Assembly (NCBI GenBank): GCA_026770705.1
Contig: JANJGN010000020.1
Span: 76,694,001 to 76,758,000, forward strand
DNA length: 64,000 nucleotides
Direction: 5' to 3'
Source: Isurus oxyrinchus
Lineage: Eukaryota
In this document: positions 53,668 to 64,000 of the stretch, piece by piece
Position numbering within the stretch: position 1 is the stretch's first letter
Layout of the letters: the number at the start of each line of letters is the position of its first letter
The notes under the pieces: generated by a model
Seen by the model: the letters and a program-made list of their open reading frames with translations, nothing else
Told to the model about the DNA's origin: nothing
Databases searched by the model: none
Program-made: the position numbers and the translations under genes

Positions 53668-54249
53668 ATGGGGGAAGGAAGTCTTCATATCCCAACAGAT
53701 ATGGCGACAGGTGTTTTTTTTTTTCCACCTGGAGCCTCAGCTTGTTCTGAATCTTAAAGTGTAGAAGGGAATCGACCTACAAAAGCCCCAAGGTTGCAAT
53801 GCATCCCTCTCAATCATCAATAACATCATTCCCATCTTCCACTTCTTAGTTGCACATCCTTCCAAAAATTTCAAACTCTCTCTTTCATCTTTCATCCTGA
53901 TATTTTTCTCTAACTTTTTAACATGAAGTTGCACAACTAATTTAAATAAAGTTAGTGATGGTAAAAATGTGTTCACCCCTCGGGGAACTAACTCACATTG
54001 ACACACACAGAGGAACACACACAAACATATGCACTGAGAGTGACAGAGGCCAAGGGTTTGTCTCTCAGGGGAGGCAAATATTCAGAAAGCAAGCATGATG
54101 CCAAGTTTTATTCCAGTTCCAAGTTTTGTGAGTCTTTTCGTGAATGAACAGGAATAGAAAAACCCCCAAGTGTTTGGATAGATTTTATTCAATTTAACCT
54201 ATAATTAACTCTGTAGACAAAGTTAAAAACAGGAATAATGAGAAGCGTG

Positions 54250-54300
54250 GAATCCCAATAGACTTAGGTTCCATCGCCTAAACCAACTGGCCACGACAAC
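54250..54300 (-). pseudogene. tRNA-Ser 5'-half remnant
   Basis: Reverse complement GTTGTCGTGGCCAGTTGGTTTAGGCGATGGA...CTATTGGGA. Confidence 0.55.
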
Positions 54301-54868
54301 TGGCCCTTGCACTGGTTAATGTCGATGGTAAAAAATCATAAATATCTACATCAGAGGAGGATGTCATTAAAATGAAGCACGACAGGCATCTATTTTTGAC
54401 AGTGAGCTGGCACATTTTGCATCATTCATGTTTGTAGTTGCATGTTAAGTGAATGTAATATCACTCAGTCACATTACATTTCCCATTCACCATTTCACAG
54501 GATAAACTCTCAGCAAAGTGAGAAAATCTTTCAGCTGGCAGTGGGTGATTGGCGAGTGGGGGGTCGGAATATTGCTACTTTTCTGCTTTTCCCTGTCTCA
54601 CTCACTGTGGAGCCGAGAAAGAGAGAATAATTGACGGGTTTGTTTGAAACCAATAATTTCACAGGTGTCCAATGAGTTAGGTGTAATTACACAGTCGTTT
54701 ATTGTTTTTTATTGTGTTTGAAATGAACATTCAAAACAAAAACATCGGTGTGGGAACACACTAGTTAAGGGTAAAGTTTGTGGGATAATTCCTTGCAGCT
54801 CAAGTAGCCAATGAGAGCCCGGAACTGTGTGATAATGAAAGCTGATAGGGAGAAAAAAGTGAAATCTT

Positions 54869-54942
54869 CGCCCCTGGGTGGTATTGAACCACCAACCTTT
54901 TAGCTACCATTGGAATGCACTAAACAATTGCGCCACAGAGAC
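54869..54942 (-). pseudogene. tRNA-Asn-derived pseudogene
   Basis: Reverse complement GTCTCTGTGGCGCAATTGTTTAGTGCATT...AAAGGTTGGTGGTTCAATACCACCCAGGGGCG, with a disrupted anticodon arm. Confidence 0.75.
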
Positions 54943-56389
54943 TGTAGTAAGGCTGACATGCCAACTTTCCTAAACCAGGGTGTCAGGGTGTTTAAGCTTC
55001 AGATTGCTGCTACCGGGATGACAATTGTTCTCTTCATTTTTACTCTTCCAAAATAAAGGGAGGGACATTCACTGTGGATACATGGAAACAGTCTGATCCC
55101 ACCCACTGCAGACACATCCATGTCACCGGGAACCAGCTCTCCTACAACCGGTGCCGTCTTCCTTCCAGCCTTTTGGTGTCTTGACTGTTACCAAGTATTC
55201 TGATTGTCCTGAAGCCGATGTTAGGTTTGAATTTCTGATGTGCAGTAACGAGAATCATTTCAATCTCTCAGGTCAGATAACTTCACTGATAACTTCAGAG
55301 TTAATGTTCCAGCGTCTTAAAGAAGGGAAAGGTGCCTTGACTGTCTCTGGTCAGTCGAACAGTTCACCTTTCATTCTCCTCTGATTCCGGTTCCCAAAGA
55401 GTTTCTAAAGATACACAAAGCTGGAGACTGGGTTTTCTTTTTTGGTTCCTTCTCCAGTTTCCCAGCTGCCAACTGACAATATTTTGAGCAGACAGCAAAG
55501 TGGCCTTGAGACCACAATCAGATCAGCCAGGATCTTACTGAATGGCGAAGCAGGGTCAAAGGGCTGAATGACCTCCTACTGATCCTCATTCCTCTCTTTC
55601 CTGCAATACTGCCTGGATCAACTCCTGACTTTAGCAAACTGCCTTCGGAATTAATGATCAGTTAAATGAAATAAAAAAAACATCCAACTATTTCTGTGTT
55701 TCTTATTTCCGTTCATCTGCAAACATTCACTAAATCTGCAATCTGAAATGGAACAATAATTAGCCAAGTTGGTGACATCCTTGTTTTCTGGGTGTTTGTC
55801 ACTCATGGTGTAAAGCTCTATGTGTGTCAATGTGCTTCAGTTCCCCGAGGGGTTGAACACATTTTTCACCATCACAAACTTTAGTCGTATTAGCTGTGCA
55901 GTTTCATGCCAAAATATCAAGATGAAAGATTGAAGAGGAGTTTGCAATGTTTGGAAGGAGGTGCAGCTAAGAAGTGGAAGATGTGAATGATGCTATTGAT
56001 GACTGAGAGGAATGTATTGCAAACTTGGGGCTTTTGGAGGTCGATCACCTTTGAAATTCAGAACAAGCTGATGCTTGACGTCGAAAACAGCCGTGATCTC
56101 CATGAATGTTGGGATGTGGAATGCTTCGCTCTTCTTACATGCCTGGCGAGTTCAGTCGACGGTGTCTGAGACTCTTAATGCCAGGTCTGTTCCGTTTGCG
56201 ACTGTGCTCAGCGAAATTCCCTTTTTAATCTTTGCTGCTTTCATGGGTGATCCCCAGGTCTCCATTCCTCCGGCAGGGTCACCGCTCTAACTGAATCTTT
56301 CTCCATCCCGCGTTGTTTATATCACAGCTGCTGGTTTCTGAGTGAAAACTGCTCGCTGCGCCATTGAAATTCAGAGTATTTAATTCTGA

Positions 56390-56440
56390 GCATTTGGTGC
56401 TTTCACCACTGCAGCTTAGGTTTAATTCCCGTACAGGGAA
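56390..56440 (+). pseudogene. tRNA-Glu 3' remnant
   Basis: GGTGCTTTCACCACTGCAGCTTAGGTTTAATTCCCGTACAGGGAA. Confidence 0.5.
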
Positions 56441-56499
56441 AACCTTTTCCTTTTCGTTGTGTGAACTATGAATGAACAGGAATTCCTTATTGAATGAAA

Positions 56500-56720
56500 C
56501 CAGGTCTGGCAACGTCTGTGGAGTGAGAAAGAGAGTTAATCTTCCAGCTGAATGATCTTTCATCAGAGCTGGAAAAGCCAGAGATGTAACAGGTGGAAAA
56601 CAAGTCCAGAGCCGGAGGGAGGGGAGTGAAAGGACAAAAAGGAAGGACTGTGATAGGTTACAAGGCCTGAGAGAGAAACTGACTAAAGGGATGATGGTGC
56701 AAAATGTGGATGGGAATGGG
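56500..56720 (-). mobile_element. Penelope-like pLTR fragment
   Basis: GTCTGGCAACGTCTGTGGAGTGAGAAAGAGAGTTAA...TTTCATCAGAGCTGG, with CTGATGA on the minus strand. Related pieces at ~57.1-57.2 and ~62.6-62.7 kb. Confidence 0.55.
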
Positions 56721-57299
56721 ACAGATTTTTCTTCCTGCTGTTCCAAATGGGACAAATATCTCTGATCAACCAATCACAACTGCTTTTTCAAAGCAGCACG
56801 CCGGGCCGAATGGCCTCTTTCTGTGCTGTAATTTTCTATAATTGTTTCATTTCCATCCTCACTGCTGCTGCCTTCACAGTCATGCCATCATCTTACAACC
56901 CTTTCCAGCAAAATACACCTTCTTACCTTGTGTTCTGCTCCTTTAAGATCATGGAACTGAGTAAATTCAGTGGGAAATTTCCTTCTCATTTGGCACGAGA
57001 TTTGGAAACAGATCTGGGAAATATTTGTGTCAGTGCAAACAATAAAATATCCCCTATCACCTCTACATTTTCCCATGCACCACCATTTTATGGTCACTGC
57101 TTTTCAGCCTATCACAGCCCTTCTCTGATTTCTTATCTTCACCTCTGTATTTGTTCGTGACGTGTTGCATGGGTGACATTTCCAGCTCTGATGCAAAACT
57201 CCAGCTCTCACTCTAATGATTGAGGCGGAGCTGATATGCGTTTTCAGTTTTCATTCAGGAAGTAATGCACCTTTATTTTAATCATTTGCATGACATTTA

Positions 57300-57334
57300 T
57301 AAGCACTGAATCCTAGCCACTAGACCCCCCAGGC
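57300..57334 (-). pseudogene. tRNA-Glu 5'-half remnant
   Basis: Reverse complement CCTGGGGGGTCTAGTGGCTAGGATTCAGTGCTT. Confidence 0.55.
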
Positions 57335-57801
57335 TTGCAAATTCACAACCCGGCTTATCCATACTACCTGTGCATTTTATTTTCATTTCACATCTCTTTC
57401 ACCAGAGGCACTTTTCTCCCACAAAATGATAGGTTTATGTAGAACACAAACGACTTCTTCAGCCAATGACAACAGCGATTGCTGTTAGCTGGAGCAGCAT
57501 TCATTGTCTCACAGTCCCGCGTTCTCAGTGGGTCCTTAAGTGACAAAAAAGTGCAGAAATCGCCAACTCTCCTGTTACACAGCGAGTTCCAACAGATATG
57601 TTTTTATTGAATATTCATTTTGAATATTCTCCACTCACGCGCTGCTAGTTGAAGGATATCCTCACTTTGCTGAGTGTCCACTTTCTGAAAAGACAAAGAG
57701 TAAGTGCAATACAGATGTGAGATTCTGCATTCAGCTAATATTCAACAAAAAGCAGGAGCGAAGCAATTTTCCCTCTCCCCTAATTGAACAAGTTTCAATA
57801 A

Positions 57802-57874
57802 TGTTCCTGTCCTGTTTTGAACCAGGGACCTTTCACATGTGAGGTGAATGCGATAACCACTACACTACAGAATC
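57802..57874 (-). pseudogene. tRNA-Val(CAC) pseudogene
   Basis: Reverse complement GATTCTGTAGTGTAGTGGTTATCGCATTCACCTCACATGTGAAAGGTCCCTGGTTCAAAACAGGACAGGAACA. Confidence 0.8.
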
Positions 57875-58531
57875 TTAATACACTTTACAATAAGTGCACC
57901 TGACTACAATGCAGTTCCGCAGCAGCACTTTGGGTCTTTGTTTTGAAGAAATGGAATTCGGCTGTTCTCATCAGGAATGCTGGAGACAGACTGATCAACA
58001 ATGTCATCATCAAATGGCACAGCGTGTTGGAGAGTCTCTCTGATCATCGCAGCTTCTTTTTTAAAGAGCCATCAATTAGTCTCAATATTCTTCTCTCTTT
58101 CCATAAGCCTCAATTTCTCTATTTCAAGTAATTGTCTAATTCACTTTTGAAGAAGGAGTTTCTGCAGAATCCATGCACAGTTTTCCTGACCCAGTGACAT
58201 GGAGATTTGGACTTGTGTTCCTTCCAGTCCCTCGAGGAGTTGATCCTAATCCCAGCACTGCCGCAGTTTAAGTCACATTCCCACTTTTGGGCACTTTAGA
58301 AATTCCCTTTCGGAGAACAAGAGGGGGCTCTAGTTTAATATAGGGCGGGTTGTGGTCCTTTATTTTGTTTGGAGAGGCAATACAAATATAAATTGTTGTG
58401 GGGGTAAAGGTAGGTGTGTGGAATCGGTAGAGCTGCTGTTCCAGAGAGCCAGCACAGACACGACAGGCCGATTGACTTATTTTGCAGCCATCTCTGATTT
58501 GATAAGGACACATCGGAGCTCGCGAGCAGCT

Positions 58532-58613
58532 GTTAGTCGAGCTGAATGTTTAAGGTGATGGATTTTAAATCCATTGGGGTCTCCCCCTGAAGGTTTGAAT
58601 CCTGCTGACCACA
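58532..58613 (+). pseudogene. tRNA-Ser pseudogene
   Basis: TTAAGGTGATGGATTTTAAATCCATTGGGGTCTCCCCCTGAAGGTTTGAATCCTGCTGACCACA. Confidence 0.75.
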
Positions 58614-58879
58614 GTTCACATTATTCCTCATTTTATCCTGGTGCCGCCAACCTCATCCCTGCGGCTCCTGTGAAACTGACAAGGCGACACACGTCAGAAA
58701 TTCATTACTGAAAGTAACTGACACACATCAAATTCTGCCGCTTTCATGTTGCATCTTTTAACTTCCTGTTCTCCATCTCAGACATCTCCACGTCTATCAA
58801 ATGTCACCCACCTGGGACTTAGCATCTACCTCAGTCTATTGAATATGGTCGACTTTCCCGTGTGGTCTTGTTACCATGT

Positions 58880-58952
58880 AGCTCCATAGCTCAGTGGTTG
58901 GAGCACTTCTCTTGTAATACAGGGGCTGTAAGTTCAACCTTTGCTAGAACCT
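58880..58952 (+). pseudogene. tRNA-Thr(TGT) pseudogene
   Basis: AGCTCCATAGCTCAGTGGTTGGAGCACTTCTCTTGTAATACAGGGGCTGTAAGTTCAACCTTTGCTAGAACCT. Confidence 0.75.
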
Positions 58953-59064
58953 ATCATTAACCTTTAGCTGAGAATACGAAGTTATGCAGAAAGCTGAAAA
59001 ACCGCAGAACAATATATACGAAGAAAAAGAAAAGTAATGCGGCGAAGCATTTTGCTTTTAAGTT

Positions 59065-60355
59065 AAAGTACTGTGGATGCTGGAAATCTGAAGTAAAAAC
59101 TCAGCATCCGACAGCATCTGTGGAGAGAGAAACAGAGTCAACGTCTCGATTCCATGTGATCTTCTTCAGAGCTAAAGAGAAGCAGAAATGTTCACTGTTT
59201 TTATACTGTTTACAAGGGGGTGGGGTGGAGCAGGTGGGGAGGTCAGGAAGAATTGACAAAGATATTATGGGCACAACACAAAGAGAGTGTTAATGGTAGC
59301 GGTAAGGGCTTAAAATGGTGCTGATATTTGCATAATGGTAAGAAAGCAGAATGTGTGAATAGCAGAACAAGGATCAGCACTCTGTGAAAGAACAACATAG
59401 AGCAATGACAGATGGCCCTTTAGGGGCCTCTCTCCTCACCTTCCAAGGGCCCAAACACTCCTTTCAGGTGAAGCAGCGATTCATTTGCACCTCCAATTTT
59501 GTCCATTGCATTCACTGCTCCCAATGGGGTCTCCCCTACATTGGAGAGACTAAACACAGACTGAGCGACCGCTTTGTGGAACATCTTCAGTTTGTCTGCA
59601 AGCATGACCCAGACCTCCCTGTCATTTGCTATTTCAAACTCCACCCTGCTCTCATGCCCATATGTCTATCATTGGCTTGCTGCATTGTTCCAGTGAAGCT
59701 CAACGCAAAATGGAGGAACAACACCTCATCTTCTGATTAGGCACTTTACAGCCTTCCGCACTTAACATTGAGTTCAATAGCTTCAGATCACGAACTCTCT
59801 TCTCCATTTTCACCCTTTTCAAAATCTCTTTATAAAAAAGTATTTTATTAACATATTTTTCATTCATTTATTCATTATTTCACCCCTTTATTATCCCCTT
59901 TTCTATCTTTTTCCCCCAACTATCTCCCCCTCCCACATCCCACCCCCAAAAGGGCCATCTGTTACTCATTCCATGTTGTTTTTAAACAGAGCGCTGATCC
60001 TTATTCTGCTATTCACACATCCTGCTTTCTTACCTTTATACCACTATCAGCACCTTCTTCAGCCCTTACCACTACCATTAATATCGCCTTTGTCTTGTGT
60101 CCAGGGCATCTTTGTCAGTCCTTCCTTAGCCCCCACGTATAGCTGATCTTCTATCCAGAATCACCGGCTCTACCGGTCCCACCCCGCCCCCTCCCCACCT
60201 CACTTACACAGTGTAAATTCCATCACTTTCTCCTTCCCTTCATCTCTGAAGAAGAGTCATACAGACTCAAAACGTGAACACTGTTTCCCTCACCACCAAG
60301 TCTGCGATAAAACTCAAAACTGTTCAGTTTTTCCAGGACTTTCTGTTTTTATAAT
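59065..60355 (+). mobile_element. 5'-truncated Penelope-like retroelement: inverted pLTR, GIY-YIG endonuclease remnant, pLTR
   Basis: ORF 59384-59740 contains FICTSNFVHCIHCSQWGLPYIGETKHRLSDRFVEHL (PLE GIY-YIG). Segment 59065-59425 is the inverted copy of ~59945-60350. Both arms carry hammerhead motifs. Confidence 0.88.
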
Positions 60356-60721
60356 ATATAAGACGTGACTGGACATCAAGATGTAAGATGGAGAAAAATG
60401 TGGCAAAGACTGAAGCAACTCAGTTAGTCGCAGTAAATTTTCAAAAGCAACAAAGCAGAACACGTTTGAAAAGGTGAGACAGATGTGCTGATGTTCAAAG
60501 AGACTCGGCTGCACTTGTGCAAAGAACGTGGAAAGTTCCATCAGCACAATTCCCTACAGCACAATTGATCAACGTGTTCGACTAACTGAAAGTTTGGCGG
60601 TTCTCAGGGATGAAGGTTCCAATGCTTTTTCCTCCCATCAGCATTCATTGTCCCATAGATTTGGGTTGTCAACGGCGGCAAGAAATTTTACCACAAATGT
60701 TTCCACTTCTACTTATCTGCA

Positions 60722-60788
60722 GTGAATTTTGAACCAGAGAATCTTCCCCATGTAAAGTAAATGTGATAATCACTGGACTACAAAAACT
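60722..60788 (-). pseudogene. Degenerate tRNA-Val remnant
   Basis: Reverse complement GTTTTTGTAGTCCAGTGATTATCACATTTACTTTACATGGGGAAGATTCTCTGGTTCAAAA. Confidence 0.55.
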
Positions 60789-61156
60789 ACACGCAGCTCC
60801 TTGCAGAACGACTTAGAATATTAAATTGTGCTGTCTTATTGCAGTTCTGAACCTTTTTTATGGAAGTACAATTCGGCTGAGTACCTTAGCCCTGCGGCAG
60901 AGAAATTGATCGAACATTAGAATCATCAGATGACACAGCACATCAGCAGCTCATTCAACACTTCCCGCATGTGCAAACAACCTTGAAGCAAATACGTCCC
61001 CATCTTTCTCTCTTTTTTCACAGCCATGTATTTTTCAGAATATTACTCAAAACCTGGAGAAATATAAATGTCACATGGCTTTGAAATGTTGCATCCAGTT
61101 ACTATTAACAACAAACGGGAACGATACAACCTTTCCTCACACTTAATTCTGTTAAT

Positions 61157-61229
61157 ACTTCCACTTCATTTGGAGCGGGGAAACTTTCCGTGTGTGAGAG
61201 ACCATGATCTCTATTACCCTACACAAACC
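61157..61229 (-). pseudogene. Very degenerate tRNA-Val remnant
   Basis: Reverse complement GTTTGTGTAGGGTAATAGAGATCATGGTCTCTCACACACGGAAAGTTTCCCCG... Confidence 0.4.
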
Positions 61230-61294
61230 CTGCAATGTGAAGAGCCTAATTTAACACACAGAAGTCAGAAAGCCGGGAATTTTCAGATTAGAAA

Positions 61295-62325
61295 GATGTA
61301 ACTGATGGAGTGCCATAAGGATCAGTCTCAGGGACTCAATTATTTACTATCTATACTAATGACATGGAGGAGGGAGCAGAGTGTAATGTATCCAAATTTT
61401 CTGATGATACAAAAATAGGTGGGAGGTCAGGTTGTGATGAGGACTTGAAGAATCTTCAAGAGGATATAGATAAGTTGAGTCAGTGGGCAAAAGTTGTTTA
61501 ATGTAGGAAAGTTTAAGATCATACACATTACTAGGAAGAATTGAAAGGCAGAATATTATTTAACTGGAGGGAGACTCCAAAAAAGTGCAGCACAGAGGGA
61601 TCTGGGTGTTCCTATGCATGAAACAAAAAAAAACTTGGTATGCAGATGCAGCAAGTAATTAAGAAGGCAAATGGAATTTTGGCCCGTTTTGTTCGTGGTT
61701 GGAGTTTAGAAATCGGGAAGTCTTGTTACAGCTCTACAGGGTGTTGGTGAGGCCGCACCTGGAGTTCTGCATACAGTTTTGGTCCCCATATTTAAGGAAG
61801 CATATATTGGCATTGCAGGCAGTTCAAAAGAGATGCACTAGGCTGATTCCTGGGAAGAAGGGGTTGACTAATCAAGAACTGTGAAGCAAGTGAAGACTTT
61901 ATTCATTAGAGTTTAGAATACTGAGGGGTGATCTTATTGAAACGTGAAAAATTCCGAGGGGGTTGACAGGATAGATGTTGAGAAGATGTTTCTGCTAATG
62001 GGGAGCCTCCAACTTGGGGACATAGCTACAGAATCAGGGGGCACTCATTAAAAACTGAGATGTGAAGGAAATTCTTCTCCCAGAGGGTAGTGCATGTTTG
62101 GAATCCTCTACTCAAGGGAGTTGTGGAGGGTAGCTCACTGAGAGTATTTAAAGAGGAGGTAGATAGATTATTGAAATATCGGGGATTGAGGGCTATGAGG
62201 AGCTGGCAGGAAAGAGGAGTTGAGGCCTGGGCAGAGTAGCCATGGCCTTATTGAGTAGTGGGGCAGACTTGACGGGACGAATGGCCGACTCCTGCTCCTA
62301 TTTCGAATGTTCTTATGTTCGTATG
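61295..62325 (+). mobile_element. CR1 LINE 3' part (RT C-terminus and 3' UTR)
   Basis: GVP*GSVSG, SKFSDDTKIGG and LYRVLVRPHLEFCIQFWSPYLRK. Tail AATGGCCGACTCCTGCTCCTATTTC..TTCTTATGTTC. Confidence 0.9.
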
Positions 62326-62413
62326 AAACGTGTCTCTGGTGAAAGAGGTCTGAAGCAAAAATAAAAGGCAAAGGTAGCATAGATAAGGCACGTTGTGAGG
62401 CTTGTGAGCAGCT

Positions 62414-62485
62414 TTCTTGGTGGTCTAGTGGTCAGGATCTAGCGCTTTCACTGCTGTGGTCCAGGTTTGATTCCTAGTCAGGGAA
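62414..62485 (+). pseudogene. tRNA-Glu(TTC) pseudogene
   Basis: TTCTTGGTGGTCTAGTGGTCAGGATCTAGCGCTTTCACTGCTGTGGTCCAGGTTTGATTCCTAGTCAGGGAA. Confidence 0.8.
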
Positions 62486-63579
62486 TGGAGATTTACTGAC
62501 CTCGTGCAAACTGTTAAAATGAGTCTGAGTTGTTTCTTGATGAAAAACAGAAGACGCTCATCTCTGCCAGAATCAGTGGAGTGAGAGCTGGAGTTCTGCC
62601 TCAGAGCTGGAAATGTCACCCGTGCAACAGGTCGGGAACAAATATAGAGGTGAAGATAGGGAATGAGAGAAGGTCTGTGATAGGTTGCAAAACCCTAGCC
62701 AGAGAGATGTTTGTGCAAGGCAAAATGTAGCGGGAATAAGGAAGGCTTTAGTGTTTACACCGACACAAATACCTCCCAGATCTTGATCCAAGTCTCGTGC
62801 TAAATGAGAAGAAAACTCGCTGAATCTTCCCCTTTTTAGCTGCACCTCCTTCCAAACATTGCAAATTCCTCTTGCATCTTCCATCCTGATATTTTTCTCT
62901 GTGAAATTTGAAACTAATATGAATAAAGTTTTTGAAGGTGAACATATGTTAATCCCCGTGGGTAAATGAACCACATTGACACACACAGAGGGACACACAC
63001 AGACATATACACCGAGAGTAACAGAGGGCAAGGGATTGTCTCTAAGGAGAGACAAACACCCAGAAATGAAGCCTGACACCAACCTGTTTCTGTTTTTGTT
63101 CCATTTCTCGCTGCAACTTTTGTGAATGCTTGCAGACGAATAGAAATTAGAGATTGCTGTTGCTTTTAGATGGTTTTTACTCAACTTATTTAGACAATTA
63201 ATTGTGCAGTACACTGTAAAATTCAGGAATGATAAGAAGCTTAATTGGCTGGATTCCAGCCGACCTGTGGAGATGCCAATGCATTCAAAACCCGTCACCT
63301 GAACCACTCAGTCACGAATCCAAGCCCCAGATTTGCATTAATGACATTTGTATAAAAACATAGGCGGCTACATCAGACGGTCATTCAACATGCCGACTCT
63401 GTGCCAGAGCAGCTCAGCGACTGTAATTCCACACACCGCCATTTTACTACAGCAACTCATACTTATATCGTCTCTCATCGTTCCTCCTATTAAAGTAAAA
63501 CACCACACGCGATGCTGGATTTAATGTGAGTTGGTATCTGTTGGTTCAAATCGGACAGCGGCAGATCCTAAAAGGTCTT

Positions 63580-63648
63580 AAACAGCAGTGGGATTTGAAC
63601 CCACGCCTCCGTAGAAGCTAGAGACTTAATCCAGAGACTTAGACCGCT
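63580..63648 (-). pseudogene. 5'-truncated tRNA-Leu(AAG) pseudogene
   Basis: Reverse complement AGCGGTCTAAGTCTCTGGATTAAGTCTCTAGCTTCTACGGAGGCGTGGGTTCAAATCCCACTGCTGTT. Confidence 0.75.
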
Positions 63649-64000
63649 GGTATTGCCAATGAAGCAGAACAGAAGCAAAGGAGCAGGAATAGGTCATTGG
63701 GAAACTCGAACGAGCTCCGCCAGTTAATCAGATCATCCTGCACTTTGTAACATAGAAAAATCATCCCTACTGCTAACTTCCTTTTTCAATGTTTCATTAT
63801 TTCGATGTTTCAAATTATGTTTCTTTTTTTCCTGTGTGACTGTGCGTGAAATGTTGGTAAAAATATTGGTTAAAAAGTAATGAAATTGTAAATATTGGCT
63901 GAGAAAAATGAGGAGATGATTGGTCAGGATAAACATTTTTTAGTAATTCGATTTGACACCAACTATTTTTAAAATGTTGAAAACTGTTAAAAGTGTCAAA

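Noticed and set aside
50716-63307. ORFs 50716-51264 and 62573-63307 share similarity, like a gene family
   Set aside because: The similarity comes from the duplicated non-coding tRNA spacer module. The reading frame is not preserved across the four copies.

Overview
Vertebrate genomic DNA, almost certainly from a cartilaginous fish (shark), with assembly gaps inside microsatellites. No intact protein-coding gene was found. The centrepiece is one immunoglobulin heavy-chain 'cluster' on the + strand at about 27.2-40.9 kb, laid out as leader-V-D-J-Cmu1-4 plus a secretory tail. The constant region is shark IgM type and is inactivated: a +1 frameshift in V, TAA stops in CH1 and CH2, Cys>Tyr in CH4, and no transmembrane exons found. 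All four RSS remain near-canonical. Two things are unusual. The V and leader look IgW-type although they sit on Cmu. There is also only one 22-nt D with 12/12 RSS, and it looks like a germline-fused D1-D2. Upstream are an 11-kb satellite with a 54-bp (2x27) unit and a ~4.9-kb higher-order duplication, CR1/L2 LINE and SINE debris, and two strong CTCF-like motifs. Downstream are a 4-kb CA-rich tract, a decayed and scrambled tRNA pseudogene array (49-64 kb), and a Penelope-like element with a GIY-YIG remnant, inverted terminal repeats and hammerhead-ribozyme motifs. Family assignments are made from memory of known sequences, not database searches, and repeat boundaries are approximate.
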